From: Bacteroides sp. CAG:770 | Lineage (GTDB): Bacteria > Bacteroidota > Bacteroidia > Bacteroidales > UBA932 | DNA length: 64,000 bases | Direction of reading: 5' to 3' | NCBI GenBank assembly: GCA_000435075.1 | Contig: FR890667.1 | Coordinates: 36,642-100,641 of the forward strand | Part shown: piece after piece, positions 27,668 to 37,600 of the stretch | Numbering within the stretch: position 1 is the first letter of the stretch | Layout of the letters: each line of letters begins with the position of its first letter | Translations under genes and position numbers: made by a program | The notes under the pieces: model-generated | Seen by the model: the letters and a program-made list of their open reading frames with translations, nothing else | Database searches by the model: none | Told to the model about the DNA's origin: nothing

Positions 27668-27712
27668 AAGGGTGACTGTCAAGTCCAAAGACTTGCCAGC
27701 CACCCTTTTTTC
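27668..27712 (+). terminator. Rho-independent terminator after the OmpA-family gene and its repeat tract
   Basis: aagggtgactgtcaagtc-caaa-gacttgccagccaccctt followed by TTTTTT: an 18-bp stem with 2 mismatches. Confidence 0.7.
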
Positions 27713-27821
27713 ATATCCCCCAACTATTCAGACAAAGTAGAGCCTGTGTCAAGCCTGTGCCAATTTCCGCGCCATCATATGCAGTTTGTCCGGAGAAACC
27801 CATGTTCTCACGGACGTTTTC

Positions 27822-27990
27822 TGATTTCATCACCAATCGCAACTCCCACGTCTCTTCGCCTGTGCCACGCCAAACGTCACAACCCACGTTCCATTTTGTC
27901 CCGTCTAAAACGTTTTCCCAGAACAAAACCCATCAAAACCACCATTCCGTACCGCTAAACCGATTTATATGGGACAAAAACCTCAGTTTC
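27822..27990. repeat. Repeat family B, copy 1 (about 165 bp, non-coding)
   Basis: tgatttcatcaccaatcgcaactcc...ccgatttatatgg; about 95 percent identical to 28436-28600. Confidence 0.8.
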
Positions 27991-28277
27991 AGTATGGCCT
28001 AGAAATTATTAACTAGCATAGGTAACAATAAAAAAGAGGGGATAGAGTAGAGTGTCCTTACAAGGACACAGGGCTAAGTCTCAAAACCGCTGACACCCTT
28101 AATATCTACGATAGTGTCCTTTCACCCTTTCAATCCTGCCGAAGCGAAGCCGTCTGTACGCCTTCACCCAAACAAGCCTGAAAACCTCCACTCTAATGGA
28201 GATTTTTACTAATGTGGAATATTGTCTTCTTTTCATTATGATATTTATCGTTAAGTGTGAAAGACAAATTCTCCTAG

Positions 28278-28436
28278 TTCAAGCACCTCCCCTCTTAGAC
28301 GACAAAAGCAGGTATCCACTTAAGGGATAGATACCTGCCTTGCTTTCTTAACGATGTCACAATCATAATGACATTGCAAATATACGAATTATTTTGAATT
28401 AACGATGCCTAGAATGACATATTTTGAAATTGTGCT
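28278..28436. repeat. Repeat family A, copy 1 (about 160 bp, contains an imperfect hairpin gcaggtatcc-acttaag-ggatagatacctgc)
   Basis: gttcaagcacctcccctcttagacgacaaaagcaggtatccacttaagggatagatacctgccttgctttc...gacattgcaaatatacgaattattttgaattaacgatgc; about 90 percent identical to 28807-28979. It runs straight into B copy 2. Confidence 0.8.
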
Positions 28437-28600
28437 GATTTCATCACCAATCGCAACTCCAACGCCTCTTCGCCTGTCGCCACGCCAAACGTCACAACCC
28501 ACGTTCCATTTTGTCCCGTCTAAAACGTTTTCCCAGAACAAAACCCATCAAACCCACCATTCCGTACCGCTAAACCGATTTATATGGAACAAAACCCTAC
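28436..28600. repeat. Repeat family B, copy 2
   Basis: Direct repeat of 27822-27990. A 1-bp indel relative to copy 1 (gtgcc versus gtcgcc) shifts the reading frame, so the repeat is not protein-coding. Confidence 0.8.
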
Positions 28601-28806
28601 GCCCTGCCTTTTTCCGGACAAAACGTACTTGGTCTTGCTACCGAACTGACACACATTAATCATGAAAACAAATGGCCATAGAAAAACGGTGAAAAATAAC
28701 GCGGTTTTTTACACCGTTTGTCGCAAAATGATAATCGGTGTAAAAAAAGCCTCATTTTTACACCAAATATCCCAAGGCCCAGCATCGACATAGCTGAGGC
28801 CGTCCA

Positions 28807-28979
28807 AGTTCAAGCACCTTCCCCTCTATACGACAAAAGCAGGTATCCATTTAAGGGATAGATACCTGCCTTGCTTTCCTCAAGAATGTCATAATTACAT
28901 GACATTGCAAATATACGAATTATTTTGAATTAACGATGCTCAGATTGTCATATTTTGAAAAAGTGCAAATTCCATCACC
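28807..28979. repeat. Repeat family A, copy 2, followed by a degenerate start of a B unit
   Basis: gttcaagcaccttcccctctatacgacaaaagcaggtatccatttaagggatagatacctgcc...cattgcaaatatacgaattattttgaattaacgatgc, then aattccatcaccacc. Confidence 0.8.
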
Positions 28980-29091
28980 ACCTTTCTCCATTTGACTTCT
29001 CCCATTTCTGGTTTGCCATCTCACTGACACAACAAAAGCAGGGCTCATCACCCTGCCTCTCATATATCTGTCTGTCATTGACCTAATAATC

Positions 29092-29991
29092 TTAGAAAAC
29101 TTCGATCGTGTAGCTGGCACGGAACGACTGGCCCGGGGCAACGGCATTGACAAGATCCTTTTCGGAGAACTCTCCGGTGAAACCGGCTCTGTCGCAGCGG
29201 CCGTACCACGGCTCGATGCAGACAAACGGAGCATTGAGTCCGGCAGGCGACCACAGGCCAAGCGCCGGTGTGTTGAACTCCAATGAAACGAGCGGCTCAC
29301 CCTCGCACGACTCCAGAACCACCTTCGAAACCTGTTGATTGTCAATGATAAAGGCGTCATGGTCGAATGTCGTTGTCTTCAGCGGAAGCCTTCCGTCAGG
29401 AGTCTGCAACTCGTGGACATGCTCCGTATCCGCACAACCTTTCTCTGAAATCAGCAAATACTTCAGCGACTCCAGCGGCTTCGTCTCGCCATTCTCGCCC
29501 TGCTTATACAGCCTGAAAGCGCCCCGCTCCTCAGTATCGGGATTGAAATCCGGAAAATAGAACGCCGGATGAGCGCCAATCTGGAAATACATCGTCTTGT
29601 CATCGTCATTGCAAACCTCCCACATCACCTGTATCTTATTGCCGTTCAGCTTGTAACCGATTCTCAATGTAAATGCGTAAGGGTATTTTGCCAATGTCTC
29701 AGCATCAGACTGGAGCTCGTACCACAATGTGTTCTCGTCAGACGAAATCAGATGGAAATCCATGTCCCTGGCAAATCCATGCTGGCCAAGTGTATATTCT
29801 TTTCCATCGATTCTATATTTCTTTTCCCACAAACTGCCTACGATAGGGAACAGAACCGGTGCGTGCCTTTTCCAGAATGCAGGGTCCGCCTGCCAGATGA
29901 ATTCTCTGCCGGAATGGTCTCTGATGCTACAGAGTTCGGCTCCGTGTCTGTCAACCTTAATCGACAAAATGTCGTTCTTCAGTGTCTTCAT
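29092..29991 (-). CDS. Aldose 1-epimerase (galactose mutarotase-like) family protein
   Basis: 299 aa; MKTLKNDILSIKVDRHGAELCSIRD...FIWQADPAFWKRHAPVLFPIVG is typical of the YihR/LacX-type aldose epimerase fold. Confidence 0.7.
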   Translation of the reverse strand: MKTLKNDILSIKVDRHGAELCSIRDHSGREFIWQADPAFWKRHAPVLFPIVGSLWEKKYRIDGKEYTLGQHGFARDMDFHLISSDENTLWYELQSDAETLAKYPYAFTLRIGYKLNGNKIQVMWEVCNDDDKTMYFQIGAHPAFYFPDFNPDTEERGAFRLYKQGENGETKPLESLKYLLISEKGCADTEHVHELQTPDGRLPLKTTTFDHDAFIIDNQQVSKVVLESCEGEPLVSLEFNTPALGLWSPAGLNAPFVCIEPWYGRCDRAGFTGEFSEKDLVNAVAPGQSFRASYTIEVF

Positions 29992-30050
29992 ATTGGTTTT
30001 ATGTGTGGTTTATACGTATGTCGGGCCGTTTTTTTTTAAGCCCGCATCCA

Positions 30051-30058
30051 CAAATGTA
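30051..30058 (-). promoter_or_regulatory. Candidate Bacteroidetes -7 promoter element (TAcaTTTG on the minus strand) for the aldose epimerase gene
   Basis: caaatgta on the plus strand is TACATTTG on the minus strand, about 60 bp upstream of the start codon. Confidence 0.3.
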
Positions 30059-30359
30059 ATAAATTTTTCGTGCTATTGTATCGTTTTGTAAGGAAAACAT
30101 GACACGTAACTCGATTTTTGCGTTCTTCATTGACCTTTTCCGATAATTTCGTAAATTGGGATCAAATATGTAAGCGTTAAAAAATAAGTTGGTAAAGATT
30201 TGTGAAGAATTTTCGAGGATAGACCTGTTTTCGAAGAAGGAGTGTACTGGACGCACACGACTGATGAGAAGGGAAATGTAGACCGAAAAGGCGAACAAAG
30301 ATTACCAAGCTATTTTTTGAAGGTTGCTAAATGGTTTATCAGAAATAATATACGGAAAA

Positions 30360-32342
30360 ATGAAAACCTACATCTCATTGACAGCTCAGCAGATAGCGCA
30401 GCTGGAAGCACAATCGTGCAGATGCGAGGACTGGACCAATGTCCTCGTTGACCCGGAATTCGACCCGGAATACATCAGAAATGCCAATTTCTCAGGGCAA
30501 ATCAAACTCGGCGCCTTCAGGAAAATCTTTACCCTGGCCGGAGGCATCCACAAGCACAGCGGAATTTACCACGCCACCCTGCACAATGTCGTAGTCGGGG
30601 ATGACTGCATGATAGAGCACGTCCGCAACTACATCGCAAACTACGTTATCGGCCGCGGCTCCTATCTGGAAAACGTCACCGACCTCATCACCTACGGAGA
30701 GACCACTTTCGGCAACGGAATAAAGATCAAAGTCCTCAATGAAACTGGCGGACGCGAGGTGGCCATCCATGACCATCTGTCCTCCCATGAAGCCTATATA
30801 TCAGCACTTTACAGACACAAACCTGCATTGACAGAAGCCCTCGACGCGATGGTTGAGCGGTATGCGGCGAGCGTCTGTGCGCCTTTCGGCGTCATCGGCG
30901 AAAATGTCGAAATCCTCGACGCGATGCATATTGTCAATGTCAATGTCGGTGCGTATTGCAAGATAAAGGGTGTTTCCCGTCTGCGTAACGGCTCGATAAT
31001 TTCGTGCAAGGAGGACCCGGTCGAAATCGGCATGAATGTAATCGCGGATGACTTTATCGTCGAGAGCGGAAGCAAGATAACGGACGGGGTGATGATATCC
31101 AAATGCTTTGTCGGCCAGGCTTGCGTGCTTGGTCATGGCTACAGCGCCTCAGAGTCCCTGTTTTTCAGTAATTGCCAGGGCGAAAACGGTGAGGCGTGTT
31201 CGCTTTTTGCCGGTCCGTACACGGTTACGCATCATAAGTCAACCTTGTTGATAGCCGGTATGTTTTCGTTTATGAATGCCGGCTCGGGGTCCAACCAGAG
31301 TAACCACATGTACAAGCTCGGGCCGATTCACCAGGGTATCCTGGAGAGGGGAGCGAAGACGACTTCCGATTCATATATCCTCTGGCCAGCCAAAATCGGT
31401 GCGTTCTCCCTGGTGATGGGCCGTCATGTCAATAATCTGGATACGACTGATTTGCCGTTTTCCTATCTTATTGAGCAGCAGGGTTCTACATACATTGTCC
31501 CGGGCGTGAACTTGAAGTCTGTCGGCACGATTCGTGATGTTAAGAAGTGGCCTGAGAGGGATAGGCGCAAGGACCCGCATCGTCTGGACCATATCAATTT
31601 CAATCATTTGAGTCCGTTCACGGTTCAGAAGATGTTCTCCGGCATTGACATTCTTGAGCGTCTCAAGGAGGCTTCAGGTCTAAGGGCCGACAATTACTCA
31701 TATAAGAAGGCGACGATACGCAATGCGGCCTTGTTCAAGGGTATAAAATATTATCAGACTGCAATCGTGAAGTTCTTGGGTAACTCGCTGATTTCCAGGA
31801 TTCAAGATTTCGATATCAGCACCGACGAGGGCCTTCGTCGTGCTCTTCGTCGGGATACGTCTGTCGGTTCAGGTCAATGGGTGGATATTTCAGGTCTTAT
31901 AGCTCCGGCTTCTGAAATCGAAAGGATCTGTGATGATGTGATATCCGGTGTGATTGCTGATGTCAATGTCCTTTCGGATCGTTTCCTCGATATTTTCAAT
32001 CACTATTATAGTTACGAGTGGACTTGGGCATATGATGCCATCGAGCGTTACTGGAAGATTGACCTTTCTAAGATTACCCGAAGCGAGGCGGCCGAGATTG
32101 TGAAGCAGTGGAAGAATGCCGTAGTCTCGCTAGACAAACTGATTTACGATGATGCCAGCAAGGAGTTCGCCCTGACCAGCATGACTGGTTTCGGCGCCGA
32201 TGGCGACAAGACCCGCCGTGATGAGGATTTCAATGCCGTCCGAGGCGGCGGTTTCGATGATAACCCGTTTGTCCAGGAGGTCCTTGACCATATCCGCCGC
32301 AAGTCCGCCCTGGGCGACAGCATCATAGCCCGCCTCAGATGA
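30360..32342 (+). CDS. Conserved hypothetical protein, probably a DUF4954-type predicted beta-helix protein
   Basis: 660-aa ORF with repeated hydrophobic-G-x patterns suggesting a beta-helix (IGENVEILDAMHIVNVNVGAYCKIKGVS...). The start was moved to MKTYISLTAQQIAQLEAQSCRCEDW. The family assignment is from memory only. Confidence 0.4.
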   Translation: MKTYISLTAQQIAQLEAQSCRCEDWTNVLVDPEFDPEYIRNANFSGQIKLGAFRKIFTLAGGIHKHSGIYHATLHNVVVGDDCMIEHVRNYIANYVIGRGSYLENVTDLITYGETTFGNGIKIKVLNETGGREVAIHDHLSSHEAYISALYRHKPALTEALDAMVERYAASVCAPFGVIGENVEILDAMHIVNVNVGAYCKIKGVSRLRNGSIISCKEDPVEIGMNVIADDFIVESGSKITDGVMISKCFVGQACVLGHGYSASESLFFSNCQGENGEACSLFAGPYTVTHHKSTLLIAGMFSFMNAGSGSNQSNHMYKLGPIHQGILERGAKTTSDSYILWPAKIGAFSLVMGRHVNNLDTTDLPFSYLIEQQGSTYIVPGVNLKSVGTIRDVKKWPERDRRKDPHRLDHINFNHLSPFTVQKMFSGIDILERLKEASGLRADNYSYKKATIRNAALFKGIKYYQTAIVKFLGNSLISRIQDFDISTDEGLRRALRRDTSVGSGQWVDISGLIAPASEIERICDDVISGVIADVNVLSDRFLDIFNHYYSYEWTWAYDAIERYWKIDLSKITRSEAAEIVKQWKNAVVSLDKLIYDDASKEFALTSMTGFGADGDKTRRDEDFNAVRGGGFDDNPFVQEVLDHIRRKSALGDSIIARLR

Positions 32343-32851
32343 CGGCTGGCCGGTTGTTCCAAGCAGGCGGCTAAGCTCGGCCAAAGTCGGTGACCCGCCT
32401 GCTTTTCAACATTTGGAATAAATGCCTCAGCAGCGGCTACACTCAGTCAAAGTCAATGGTCCGCCTGCAAGAACCACCAATAGGGGCTCCGTCGGGATTT
32501 TCACCTGAAATGTCCGCCAATCTTGCCCAGATCAGGGGAGAACCTTGTGTCCCGCTGTTATGTATTTACTTGTTTTCACACCCCGTAAGCGTCTCCGGAG
32601 TTGCGTCTTGACGCGTTGCCCGCTGTTCCGTACTTTTGCTTTCCGTCGGGATGGTGCCACATTGATTTTTGTAACAACTTGATTTGTAGGTAGTTGTAAA
32701 ATCGCGTGTGGATTAGTGCCAAAAAAAAACATCGGAAATCCACGCTTAAAATAAATGACACCTGATTGTCAATGAATTACAAAGGTGGCCGTGGCGTCGT
32801 CCCGCCCTGGGACTGTCAATGTCATGCGGGCGTGGTCAGGTACGAAACAGA

Positions 32852-34663
32852 TTATGGTATTCTCCTGATGAGCGTCTGGCCGTTATTCTGACCGAGGTTA
32901 GGGTCGAGAAGTGACTGTCCTGAAGGGATAGGCTCCAGATAGTACTTGTCATTCCATACACGGTCAACCTTAGCGCCGGTACCTGTAGCAGCAGAAGTAT
33001 TATAAGGTGACTTATAGACTTTGCCATCTACAGTGACGAAGAAGTTCGCCTCCATCACACCATTCCAGTCAGAATCTTTTACAGACTCACTGTATGCCTT
33101 CAGGGCATCACTGGAAACTCCGACGTATCCTGCAGGATTCTCCTTGGTATCAAGATTCTTTCCGAGAGCCCATCTCATGAGGTCATCATGACGGAATCCG
33201 TCAGCCATGAGTTCACTTCTGCGGTCACGGCGAAGCTCCTGGAGAAGAACATTAGCAGCAGGATCCTTAGGATCTTTGGTAATGACAGTACCCTCGACTG
33301 AGCAGCCGTCAGTACCGACGAGTTTCAATGCCGGAATCTTGCCATGCTTAGTACGGAGAACATTCACGGACTTGTCAAGGTCTGCCTGAGTAATCTGATT
33401 GAGTTCGGCACATGCCTCGGCATAGTTTTCGAGGACCTCAGAATACTGGAAAATAGGACCGTCGGTATCATTCATAGGGCCAAGCCATGTTCCAAGTCCT
33501 TCATATTCAGTCTTTTTATCCCACTCAACAAATTTAGTAGTCCAGTATCCAGTTGTAGAATTGATACCTGCATCATAACTGAGTTTGACAACAGGAAGAA
33601 TTGTCGATGTGACAGTGCATCCGAGACGTGCATCACGGCTGCTGAAAATACCGCTCAGGGTAGAATCGTCATAACCGCCTACCTTCATGTGGATAGGCAG
33701 ACCATTGGACTGTGCATAGTTTTCCACTGCGCTCTTGGTCAATCCCCATGTAGCAGTAGATGTAACCACATATCCGTACTGGGTGTGACCGGCTGGAAAC
33801 TTACCGCCATTGACATTGGCAATAGAATAAATCTTGTAGAGGAGAACTTCCTTGCTTCCGGCCAATGACAAAGAGTTGTACATGGTCTTGTAGTTGTCTG
33901 AAATCTCATACAGACCACTGGATATCACCTTGTTGGCAGATTCCTTAGCCTTCGCGTAGAACTGCTCAGGGTGGCCATTTGATAACTTGTGGTATTTCTC
34001 CCATGCTCCCTCATAAAGGGCAACTCTGGAAAGAAGAGCCGCAGCAACCATATTGTTTACAGTATTGGCTCCTGCCTTGGACGGTTCCAGACAGTTGTTC
34101 ATCGCAAACTCCAGATCCGCAACGACATTATCCATTACAGTGACGCGTGAATCCCTCGGACGGGTAATGTTCTCCTGCTTAGAGAAATCCACTTCTGAAT
34201 CTACCCATACTACATCTCCATAAGTCTTCACCAACTCATAGTGATAAAGAGCTCTGAAGAAACGGGCTACTCCTCTCCAATGATTTGCAGCAGCCTCTGA
34301 CAGATTAGGTATTCTGTCCACACGTGACAGAAGGATATTGGCTTCACGGATCCTGTCATAAGGAGTATTCCAGGCAGAAGATGAATTAGGAATATTCTTG
34401 GTGAATTCCGTGAATGATTCGGTAGCATAATCATCCGTCAAGGTCTCACCATGATACTGACCTCTTGTCCAACCTGAGCCGTAGCTCATACTGCTGAGAT
34501 AGCCATAAAATTTCCAAGAGTAAATTTCAAGAGCCGATTCAGAAGTCCAGTTGGTGTCGTCCGAGTTGCTGTCCAACGGTTTCTTGTCCAGATAGTCGGA
34601 ACATCCGCTCAGACCGATGGCAGCCACAGCGGCCATCGCTAACATATAGAATTTATTTCTCAT
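32852..34663 (-). CDS. susD: SusD/RagB-family nutrient-binding outer-membrane lipoprotein
   Basis: Lipoprotein signal MRNKFYMLAMAAVAAIGLSGCSD, 603 aa, immediately downstream of a SusC-like gene. Confidence 0.85.
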   Translation of the reverse strand: MRNKFYMLAMAAVAAIGLSGCSDYLDKKPLDSNSDDTNWTSESALEIYSWKFYGYLSSMSYGSGWTRGQYHGETLTDDYATESFTEFTKNIPNSSSAWNTPYDRIREANILLSRVDRIPNLSEAAANHWRGVARFFRALYHYELVKTYGDVVWVDSEVDFSKQENITRPRDSRVTVMDNVVADLEFAMNNCLEPSKAGANTVNNMVAAALLSRVALYEGAWEKYHKLSNGHPEQFYAKAKESANKVISSGLYEISDNYKTMYNSLSLAGSKEVLLYKIYSIANVNGGKFPAGHTQYGYVVTSTATWGLTKSAVENYAQSNGLPIHMKVGGYDDSTLSGIFSSRDARLGCTVTSTILPVVKLSYDAGINSTTGYWTTKFVEWDKKTEYEGLGTWLGPMNDTDGPIFQYSEVLENYAEACAELNQITQADLDKSVNVLRTKHGKIPALKLVGTDGCSVEGTVITKDPKDPAANVLLQELRRDRRSELMADGFRHDDLMRWALGKNLDTKENPAGYVGVSSDALKAYSESVKDSDWNGVMEANFFVTVDGKVYKSPYNTSAATGTGAKVDRVWNDKYYLEPIPSGQSLLDPNLGQNNGQTLIRRIP

Positions 34664-34682
34664 ATAATCAAAGTATTAGAAA

Positions 34683-37600
34683 TTAGAAAGTAATCTGAAG
34701 TCCACAAGACCACTGGCGGTTGAACGGCATTGCACGACCTGCCATCGTCATATCCATGCCATTGGTGTAGCTCTTCGAACTACCTCCGGTACATTCAGGA
34801 TCCATTACTCCGTCGATATGGTCGAAGGTGAAGAGATTCTGTGCGCTGAAATAGAAACGGAGTTTCTCGACAAAAATCTTTCTGGTAAGATTCTGCGGAA
34901 GGGTGTAACCTACTGTGAAGTTCTTCACTCTCAGGTAAGCAAGATTGTTCAGATACTTGGTCTGAGGAGCAAAGTTGTTGCATCCGGAGTTGCCAGGAAG
35001 ACCTGAAAGCGAACCGAAAGCGCCATTGATATATGGACGAGGGAATCTCGCATTCTGGTTGCTTTCTGTCCAGTAATCCAGCTGATTCTCGAAAATATTC
35101 ATCTGTGCGCCTGCAGCATGAGGGATAAAGAGTGAAGATGTACTCCACATGTCGCGTTTTCCGACACCCTGCAAAAGAACTTCCACATCAAAACCTTTCA
35201 GCATCGCACCTACTCTGAGTGAATACTCATAACGAGGGAGCTGGTTTCCGATTCTCTTGAGGTCTCCGTGGTCATCGATAGTACCCTTTCCGGTATCAAT
35301 CTTTCCGTCATTGTTCAAATCCTTGTACTTGATATCACCAGCACCGAAACGGAAAGAACCATTCTGCAGATAAGACTGGTCAGGGGTACCCGTCTTGAGA
35401 GTACCATCCTGGTTCACGTCAGAAGAATTGAAATATCTGTCAGTCTCGAATCCCCAGATTTCACCAAGTTTCTTACCCTTATACCAACTGTTGAGTGCAC
35501 CGGTAGTATTGTTCCACTTGGTAATCTCAGATTTGGCATCAGAAAGAGTAAAGGTTCCGTAGATTGCAAAATCCTTGTTGAATGCGTGATTGTAATCAAT
35601 CTGGAGTTCCCATCCATTGGTCTTCATATCACCACCATTCTCAAGAGGTGCCACAGCAATACCGGCATAGCGGACAATCTCGTTACCTGCCACAAGCATA
35701 CCTACGTTGCGTCTCTGATACCAGTCGAAGGTAACATTGAGTTCATTATTGAAGAATCCTGCATCGAAGCCTATATCCAGGGTGCGGATCTTTTCCCAAG
35801 TCATATCAGGATTGACTGCAGAAGGAGTGGTAGTCGTGGAAACATTGTTCATATCGGTTCCTACCCAGCCTACAGTTTCTGTAGCCATCGTAGAGATGTA
35901 AGGATACCATGAGGCAAGTGCCTGGTTACCTACAGAACCATAAGATGCCCTTACCTTGAGTGTCGGAACGTACGGCTTGATATTGGTCCAGAACTTCTCT
36001 TCAGAGATACGGTAACCTGCAGAAGCTGATGAGAAGAATGCCCACTGCTTGCCTGTACGGAATGAAGAAGAACCGTCATAACGTCCGTTCAATTCGAGGA
36101 GATACTTTTCTTTGTAGTTATAGTTGATACGTCCGAAGAAACCGGCTGTAGCCCTATGTCTGAGTGACTCATCGACAATACCTTCATTCTTGCCGTCAGT
36201 AAGATTCAGTGTCGGATGCTCCAGATCCTGCACACCGTTTACCTCAACAGACTGGCTGTCGTATCTGAGGTCCTCGGCATTCGCACCTACCTTGATCGCG
36301 AAATTATGCTGCTTCTGGATATCGAACAGATAGTCGAAATAAGCATTGTAAGTGTTGGTAATCTTACTTACATAAGTTCTCTCCAGGAAATCCTTTGTAG
36401 TGAAAGCCGCCTTCTTAGGGAATGACCAGTTTGCGACATAATAAGGCTGACGCATAGACCTGTTCTCATAGTTGTAACGTCCTCTTGTGTAGTCTCCATA
36501 GAAAGAAAGACCCGGAGCAAGATTAATCCTGACGTTGCCTCCGAGAGTCAGATACTGGTCCTTGGAAGAGCAGATGCTTTCATTTGCGACATACGCATTT
36601 CCATGACGGAAATACAGGCCTTCACCGGTTGCAGCCGATTCACTCGCATACGTACCGTCAGCCAATTTGCTGCCGTCAGATATTCCGAACGGGAAGAATG
36701 CAGGGAAACGCATCACATAATAAAGAAGGCCGGTAGCACCTTTACTCTGGGAATAGCCATAAGGATACTCGTATTCCTTTTCCACATACATAACCTTGGT
36801 TCCGATATTCAACCAGTTCTTGACCTGAGTGTTGGTGGAAAGATTGAGGTTGTATCTCTTAACGTCATTCTTCTTGGCTGCTTTAAGAGTACCGTCGTTC
36901 ATGGTATAACCGAGTCCGATATTGTAGTTTGTCTTACCGGTATTGCCAGTGACGGAAAGGTTATGGGTCTGGGAGAATGAAGTCTTGAAAATCTCCTTGT
37001 TAGGGTCAGAAACTCTATAGTAATAAGGAGTGCCTTCTATGAACTCGTAGTCCTCGCCGTATTTGTAAACAGGATTGCTGAGATTTCCGGAATACTTGTC
37101 AAACCATGTCGTGATACCCTTTCCGATGGTATCGTAATACATACCGAAAGCCTCAATTCTGGATCCGTCCACGTTCTTCTGTGCAAGCATACCCTCCTCG
37201 AGCTGGGCAAGCACGCCTTCCTTGTCAGTAATGTACTTAGGAAGGCCGATAGGCTGGTTCCAGGAGAAGTTGTTCGAATAAGTGATGGAAACTTTGTCCT
37301 TTACGGCAGAACCGTCTTTCGAAGTGATGAGGACAACTCCCCATGCCGCACGGGAACCGTAGATGGAAGCTGAAGCAGCATCCTTGAGGACAGAAATGCT
37401 CTTGATATTGTCAGGGTTCACAAAAGACAGGTCAGGAACCTCGACACCGTCAAGAAGGATAAGAGGAGTATTGTCTCCGTTGATAGAACCTGTACCACGG
37501 ATCTTCATCGTAGGAGATGCATTCAGGTCATTGCTGTTATAGGTAATGGACAATCCCGGAACAACACCCTGAAGACCTTTGGAAACATCGGTGATAGGCT

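Noticed and set aside
27746-28659. Small ORFs (70-84 aa) overlapping the B repeats, possibly a duplicated small protein
   Set aside because: The two repeat copies differ by a 1-bp indel, so the shared sequence is read in different frames in the two ORFs. The predicted peptides are Pro/Ser/Thr-rich and low-complexity. This pattern fits non-coding repeats, not a conserved protein.
27498-28979. Possible CRISPR array (regularly spaced repeats in a non-coding region)
   Set aside because: The repeat units are 50 bp and degenerate, or 160-170 bp long, not 25-40 bp near-identical repeats with unique spacers of uniform length. No cas genes are present anywhere in the window.
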